Positions 59,958 to 64,000 of a DNA stretch of 64,000 nt are shown in pieces. Both the position numbers and the translations under genes were made by a program. This DNA is from an uncultured Spirochaetaceae bacterium (GTDB lineage Bacteria; Spirochaetota; Spirochaetia; SZUA-6; DRHE01): contig CAYMGP010000008.1 in NCBI GenBank assembly GCA_964390045.1, positions 2,726 to 66,725 on the forward strand. Reading direction: 5' to 3'. Every line of letters begins with the position of its first letter. Within the stretch, counting starts at the first letter, position 1. Below the pieces are notes generated by a model, which made no database searches, was not told the DNA's origin, and saw only the letters and a list, made by a program, of their open reading frames with translations.

Positions 59958-61216
59958 CAGAAGGTATAACCGTTGCGCTCGAGTCGCCCGAGCTTGCTGC
60001 TTCCGTAGGCCAGCAGGTTGAAACCGTCCGGCCGGATCCGCTGTTCGATAATCGAAAGAACATCCTGCCGGCGTACCTCTGCCAGCAGGCTCATCGAGGT
60101 GTCGTACTCGATTACTTTGTTCGTCAAATGGTACTGGCGGAACAGGCGCTTCATCCTGTTTTCCATATCCTCCTTCGCCAGGATCATATGGCCTCGGAGC
60201 TGGCACTGGGCATTCTCTATCTCGCCTTCCGTCGGCGGTTCGCTGTGCAAACGAGCCAGCTGTTCGTTGACCGCTTCGAGCAAAGGTTTAAACAGGGAGG
60301 GGGCGGTATTGGCGTAGATCGTCCACATAGCAACATCGGTGAAATATGTACGAAACGATGACACCGAGTAGCAGAGTCCCCGGTTCTCTCGCAGCCGTTG
60401 GAAAAGCCGCGAGCTCATCGATTCACCGAAAAGAGTATTAAACACCAGATCCTGATAGTATTCGCCCAAATCCTGTAACGCTGAAAAGCTCGTCCCTGTA
60501 AATAGATGTACCTGTTCGAATTTATCGGGAAAGGTGTCCCAGCGCTGATGAGCCACCGGAGCAATCCTCTGCTCTCGATCGTCGGCAGGAGACCCGGCTG
60601 CAAAGTGTCGTTCCAACGCACGCATCACTCGCTCTGAATCGAGTTTTCCCCCTGCCGTCACCACTGTACGTTTGGGCGTAAAACGACCTCTGTAGAAAGC
60701 GGATAAGCGCTGTTTGTCGATGCTCTGCACGTCCGAGACTTCGCCGGTGATCTTACGAGAGAGTCTGTGTCCGTTCCAGAGTTTTTCCAGATAGATCTGG
60801 TGCCCCTTCTCCTCCGGATTGTCCTCGATGGTTTGGATCTCGTTGAAAATGACCGTTTTCTCTTTCTCTATTTCACTGTCATCGAGGCAAGCGTTGAAGT
60901 ACATATCAGCCAGAACATCGAGAGCGACCTCGACGGCTTCTGCGGGCAAAGTACAGTAAAAACAGGTGACTTCTTTCTCTGTAAATGCATTGAGATACCC
61001 ACCGACGCGCTCGATGGTCTGGGCGATTTCATACGCCGACCTTTTGCTCGTACCCTTGAAGAGCATGTGCTCGAGGAAATGAGAGAACCCTGTCTGGGAG
61101 ATTCTTTCATCCCTGGAGCCGCCCAACTGCCACAGCCCCAGGGAAACTACCTCTGTATTGTCTACGACGTCCAGGATAACCCGGACGCCGCTATCCAGCA
61201 CTGTTGACTGGATCAA
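59957..61216 (-). CDS. M16-family (insulinase-like) zinc peptidase
   Basis: HFLEHMLFKGT inverted zincin motif. Confidence 0.8.
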   Translation of the reverse strand: MIQSTVLDSGVRVILDVVDNTEVVSLGLWQLGGSRDERISQTGFSHFLEHMLFKGTSKRSAYEIAQTIERVGGYLNAFTEKEVTCFYCTLPAEAVEVALDVLADMYFNACLDDSEIEKEKTVIFNEIQTIEDNPEEKGHQIYLEKLWNGHRLSRKITGEVSDVQSIDKQRLSAFYRGRFTPKRTVVTAGGKLDSERVMRALERHFAAGSPADDREQRIAPVAHQRWDTFPDKFEQVHLFTGTSFSALQDLGEYYQDLVFNTLFGESMSSRLFQRLRENRGLCYSVSSFRTYFTDVAMWTIYANTAPSLFKPLLEAVNEQLARLHSEPPTEGEIENAQCQLRGHMILAKEDMENRMKRLFRQYHLTNKVIEYDTSMSLLAEVRRQDVLSIIEQRIRPDGFNLLAYGSSKLGRLERNGYTF

Positions 61217-61218
61217 TC

Positions 61219-63441
61219 CTATCTCCGCCGATTCCTACCATCCTGCCGTTCGGATCTGTCGTGGCTTCCCGGTCTTTTCGATTGGTAGCCGCCTCCCGAA
61301 TGGGAATCCGAATGGGATCCCGTTCTATGTTGGGACGATCTCGGCTGGTCGTGGTGTCGTTGTTCCGTGTTTTCGACCATGCTCAGGTTCATACGACCCA
61401 TCCGATCGATCTCGAAAAGTTTGACGCGTACCTCCTGACCTTCCTCGACCACGTCGCGAACGCTTCCGACCCGTTCGTTGGAAAGCCGCGATATATGCAC
61501 CAGTCCTTCCTTGCCCGGAAGGAACTCGACAAAGGCCCCGAAATCCATGATCCTTCTGACAGTACCGTTGTACCACTTGCCAACTTCCGGCTCTTGAACC
61601 AGGGCTTTGATCGCCTCCTGGGCTTCCTCGGCCTTCAGTTTCTCTCGCGAGTAGATAGTAACCGCGCCGTCATTTTCCACATTGATCGTGGCACCGGTTC
61701 GTTCCGTTATTCCCTTGATCATTTTTCCACCGGGCCCGATAACAGCACCGATCTTGTCCGGATCGATCCGCAGGTTAATGATCTTGGGAGCGAACTCGGA
61801 GATGCTGTCTCTCGGTTCCTTGATCGTTTGATTCATGATTTCGAGGATATGCATTCTTCCCTCTTTTGCCTGTTGCAGGGCTTGAGAAAGAACAGACGAA
61901 TCAACACCCGCGATCTTGATATCCATTTGAAAACCTGTAATTCCGTCGGCCGTACCGGCAACCTTGAAATCCATATCTCCCAGATGATCTTCCTCGCCGA
62001 GTATGTCGCTCAACACGACATGGTTTTTATCGTCTGTGACCAATCCCATAGCGATACCGGCGACCGATTTTTTGATCGGCACGCCCGCATTGAGCAGGGA
62101 AAGGGTGCCTCCGCAGACCGTGGCCATGGATGAGGAGCCGTTGGATTCCAAAACTTCCGAGACCAGACGAATCGTGTAGGGGAACTCATCTTTGCTGGGC
62201 AGCATGGCCGTCAGCGAGCGCTCGGCCAGATTTCCGTGACCGATTTCGCGCCGACTTGCCGCCAACCTGCCGGTTTCCCCTACAGAGTACGGTGGAAAAT
62301 TGTAGTGCAGCATGAAGGTTTTGCGGGCATCTCCCTCGATATCATCCAGGACCTGCTCGTCGAACACCGTGCCCAGCGTTGTAACCGCCAAAGCCTGGGT
62401 CTCTCCCCTGGTAAAGAGGGCTGACCCGTGGGTTCTGGACAGAATATCGATCTCGCAAGTTATCGGACGGATGTCGGTGGGACCTCTGCCGTCGGTACGC
62501 CTTTTTTTCTCCAGAATCGAACGCCTCACCGTGTTGGACTCCAGCTCGTCGATTAATTCAGACAGCGACTTTATTTTTTCTTCGGGTACCTTTTCGCTAA
62601 ACTGCTCCTGAGCCTGCCTGTGAATCTCGTTGATCGCCCGGCTGCGGTTCATTTTACCGGCGACGAAGCAGGCCTCTTCCATCTTGGGCTGCGCCCAAGC
62701 AACAACCTCTTCGCGTACAGATTCCTCGAGTGTTTCCTCGAACTCAGGGAGCTCGATTTTTTCCCGTCCCACGACTTCTGCCAGCTCCAGCTGGATTCGG
62801 CAAATATCCTTTATGGTCTTGTGAGCTTCTTCGATGGCCTCCACCAATATCTCCTCGCTCACCTCTGCCGCCGAACCCTCCACCATGGTGATCCCGTCCA
62901 AGGTTCCCGCAACCACGATGTTCAGATGGCTGCTTTCGATCTGGTCGTAGGTGGGATTCACGACGAATGATCCGTCGATATACCCTACCCTCACCGCGCC
63001 TATCGGACCGCCGAAAGGGATTTCTGAAATTGTGATGGCTGCCGAAGCGGCCACCATGGCAACCACATCGGGCGGATTGATCTGGTCTGCGGAGATCACG
63101 GTGGGAACGATCTGAATTTCACGTTTGAATTTCTTTGAAAACAACGGACGAATGGGTCTGTCGATTAATCGGCAAACCAATATCTCCTTGTCTTTGGGTC
63201 TGCCTTCCCGCTTTATGAATCCGCCGGGTATCTTTCCGGCGGCATAGTACTTTTCGTTGTACTCAACAGAGAGAGGGATGAAGCTCAAATTCTCCAAATC
63301 CTGGCCGGAACAGCAGGCAGTGGCTATGACCGCCGAGCCCGCGTATTGACCGAAAACGGCACCATTGGCCTGTTTGGCCATTTTCCCGCTTTCCAGGATC
63401 AGGTTCTCCTCTCCTATTTTCAGTTGAACCTGATGTATCAT
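61219..63441 (-). CDS. pnp: Polyribonucleotide nucleotidyltransferase (PNPase)
   Basis: Two RNase PH domains, KH and S1 domains; 740 aa with a basic C-terminal tail. Confidence 0.95.
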   Translation of the reverse strand: MIHQVQLKIGEENLILESGKMAKQANGAVFGQYAGSAVIATACCSGQDLENLSFIPLSVEYNEKYYAAGKIPGGFIKREGRPKDKEILVCRLIDRPIRPLFSKKFKREIQIVPTVISADQINPPDVVAMVAASAAITISEIPFGGPIGAVRVGYIDGSFVVNPTYDQIESSHLNIVVAGTLDGITMVEGSAAEVSEEILVEAIEEAHKTIKDICRIQLELAEVVGREKIELPEFEETLEESVREEVVAWAQPKMEEACFVAGKMNRSRAINEIHRQAQEQFSEKVPEEKIKSLSELIDELESNTVRRSILEKKRRTDGRGPTDIRPITCEIDILSRTHGSALFTRGETQALAVTTLGTVFDEQVLDDIEGDARKTFMLHYNFPPYSVGETGRLAASRREIGHGNLAERSLTAMLPSKDEFPYTIRLVSEVLESNGSSSMATVCGGTLSLLNAGVPIKKSVAGIAMGLVTDDKNHVVLSDILGEEDHLGDMDFKVAGTADGITGFQMDIKIAGVDSSVLSQALQQAKEGRMHILEIMNQTIKEPRDSISEFAPKIINLRIDPDKIGAVIGPGGKMIKGITERTGATINVENDGAVTIYSREKLKAEEAQEAIKALVQEPEVGKWYNGTVRRIMDFGAFVEFLPGKEGLVHISRLSNERVGSVRDVVEEGQEVRVKLFEIDRMGRMNLSMVENTEQRHHDQPRSSQHRTGSHSDSHSGGGYQSKRPGSHDRSERQDGRNRRR

Positions 63442-63461
63442 GTGTTTTTCCTTTATTTTTT

Positions 63462-63731
63462 TTACTTGCGTAATGAAAGTTTCTCTAAGATTTCCCGATA
63501 CTTCTCTACATCTTGTCGCTTCAGGTAGTTGAGGAACTTTCGCCTCTGTCCAACCATCTTCAGCAATCCTCTTCGGGAATTGTGATCTTTCGGATTGGTC
63601 TTGAAATGCTCTGTAAGGTCTTCAATTCTGCGCGTCAGTAGTGCAATTTGAACCTCAGCGGAACCTGTATCCAGTTCAGTCCTTCCGAACTCTTTGATCA
63701 CCTGCTCTTTGTCTTCTTTTGTGAAAGACAT
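63462..63731 (-). CDS. rpsO: 30S ribosomal protein S15
   Basis: 89 aa; conserved S15 sequence ([21 protein letters not shown]). Confidence 0.95.
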   Translation of the reverse strand: MSFTKEDKEQVIKEFGRTELDTGSAEVQIALLTRRIEDLTEHFKTNPKDHNSRRGLLKMVGQRRKFLNYLKRQDVEKYREILEKLSLRK

Positions 63732-63748
63732 TGCCTCCTCCTATTTTT

Positions 63749-64000
63749 CTATCCGGCTCTTTGTCTATTTCGAAATCGAATTTCAAAATCTTCTTCCGCC
63801 ACGTAATCCTGCCACCTCAGCTCGCGGTCGCTGATTGCCACTACACCGGGAATCATTTCCTTTTCGGTGCAGAAAAGGACTTCGTAATCTCCGTTGTTTG
63901 GGAGCATCTGTTCGATCTCAAGGCGTTGCACATACGACCTGCCGCCCTTGCTCCGTACAGCAGTTGGGTGTAAATCCAAGCGGTACTCATCCTTCAGCAT
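63749..64000 (-). CDS. ribF: Riboflavin kinase/FMN adenylyltransferase, C-terminal riboflavin-kinase part (truncated at the window edge)
   Basis: C-terminal RFK-domain sequence, and the classic ribF-rpsO-pnp synteny. Confidence 0.7.
   Translation of the reverse strand: MLKDEYRLDLHPTAVRSKGGRSYVQRLEIEQMLPNNGDYEVLFCTEKEMIPGVVAISDRELRWQDYVAEEDFEIRFRNRQRAG

Noticed and set aside
59958-60206. Long N-terminal extension of the dut ORF, and 59540..59665 extension of the propeller ORF
   Set aside because: The extensions overlap neighbouring genes. Conserved N-termini and RBS support the internal starts (59957 and 59539).

Overview
Spirochaete-like (Treponema/Spirochaetaceae-type) chromosomal window, densely coding and mostly housekeeping. 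No tRNA, rRNA, CRISPR array, integrase or transposase was found. Main content: J-domain protein, SurA-like PPIase, nusB, bactofilin, map; a lipoprotein/outer-membrane cluster; a complete bacterial V-type ATPase operon (E, hypothetical, A, B, D, I, K) followed by ispG; a GNAT gene; a carbohydrate locus (ribose-type ABC importer divergent from a DeoR regulator, SDR, C_GCAxxG_C_C protein, DhnA-type class I aldolase, class II aldolase); a co-oriented block with a CHASE2 nucleotidyl cyclase, TPR protein and GAF sigma54 activator; rpsA/cmk, rluB-like, scpB/scpA, folK, recA, dtd, rpe; a ~900-aa long-form GreA with a TPR-like protein and a VWA membrane protein; HEAT-repeat protein, murJ, tgt, lptF/lptG-like permeases; dut, M16 peptidase, pnp, rpsO and a partial ribF. 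The best candidates for something undescribed are (i) the kinase-less catabolic module whose DeoR regulator is broken by an in-frame TGA and (ii) the CHASE2-cyclase / GAF-sigma54 pairing. All calls rest on motif recognition in the supplied translations; no database search was run.
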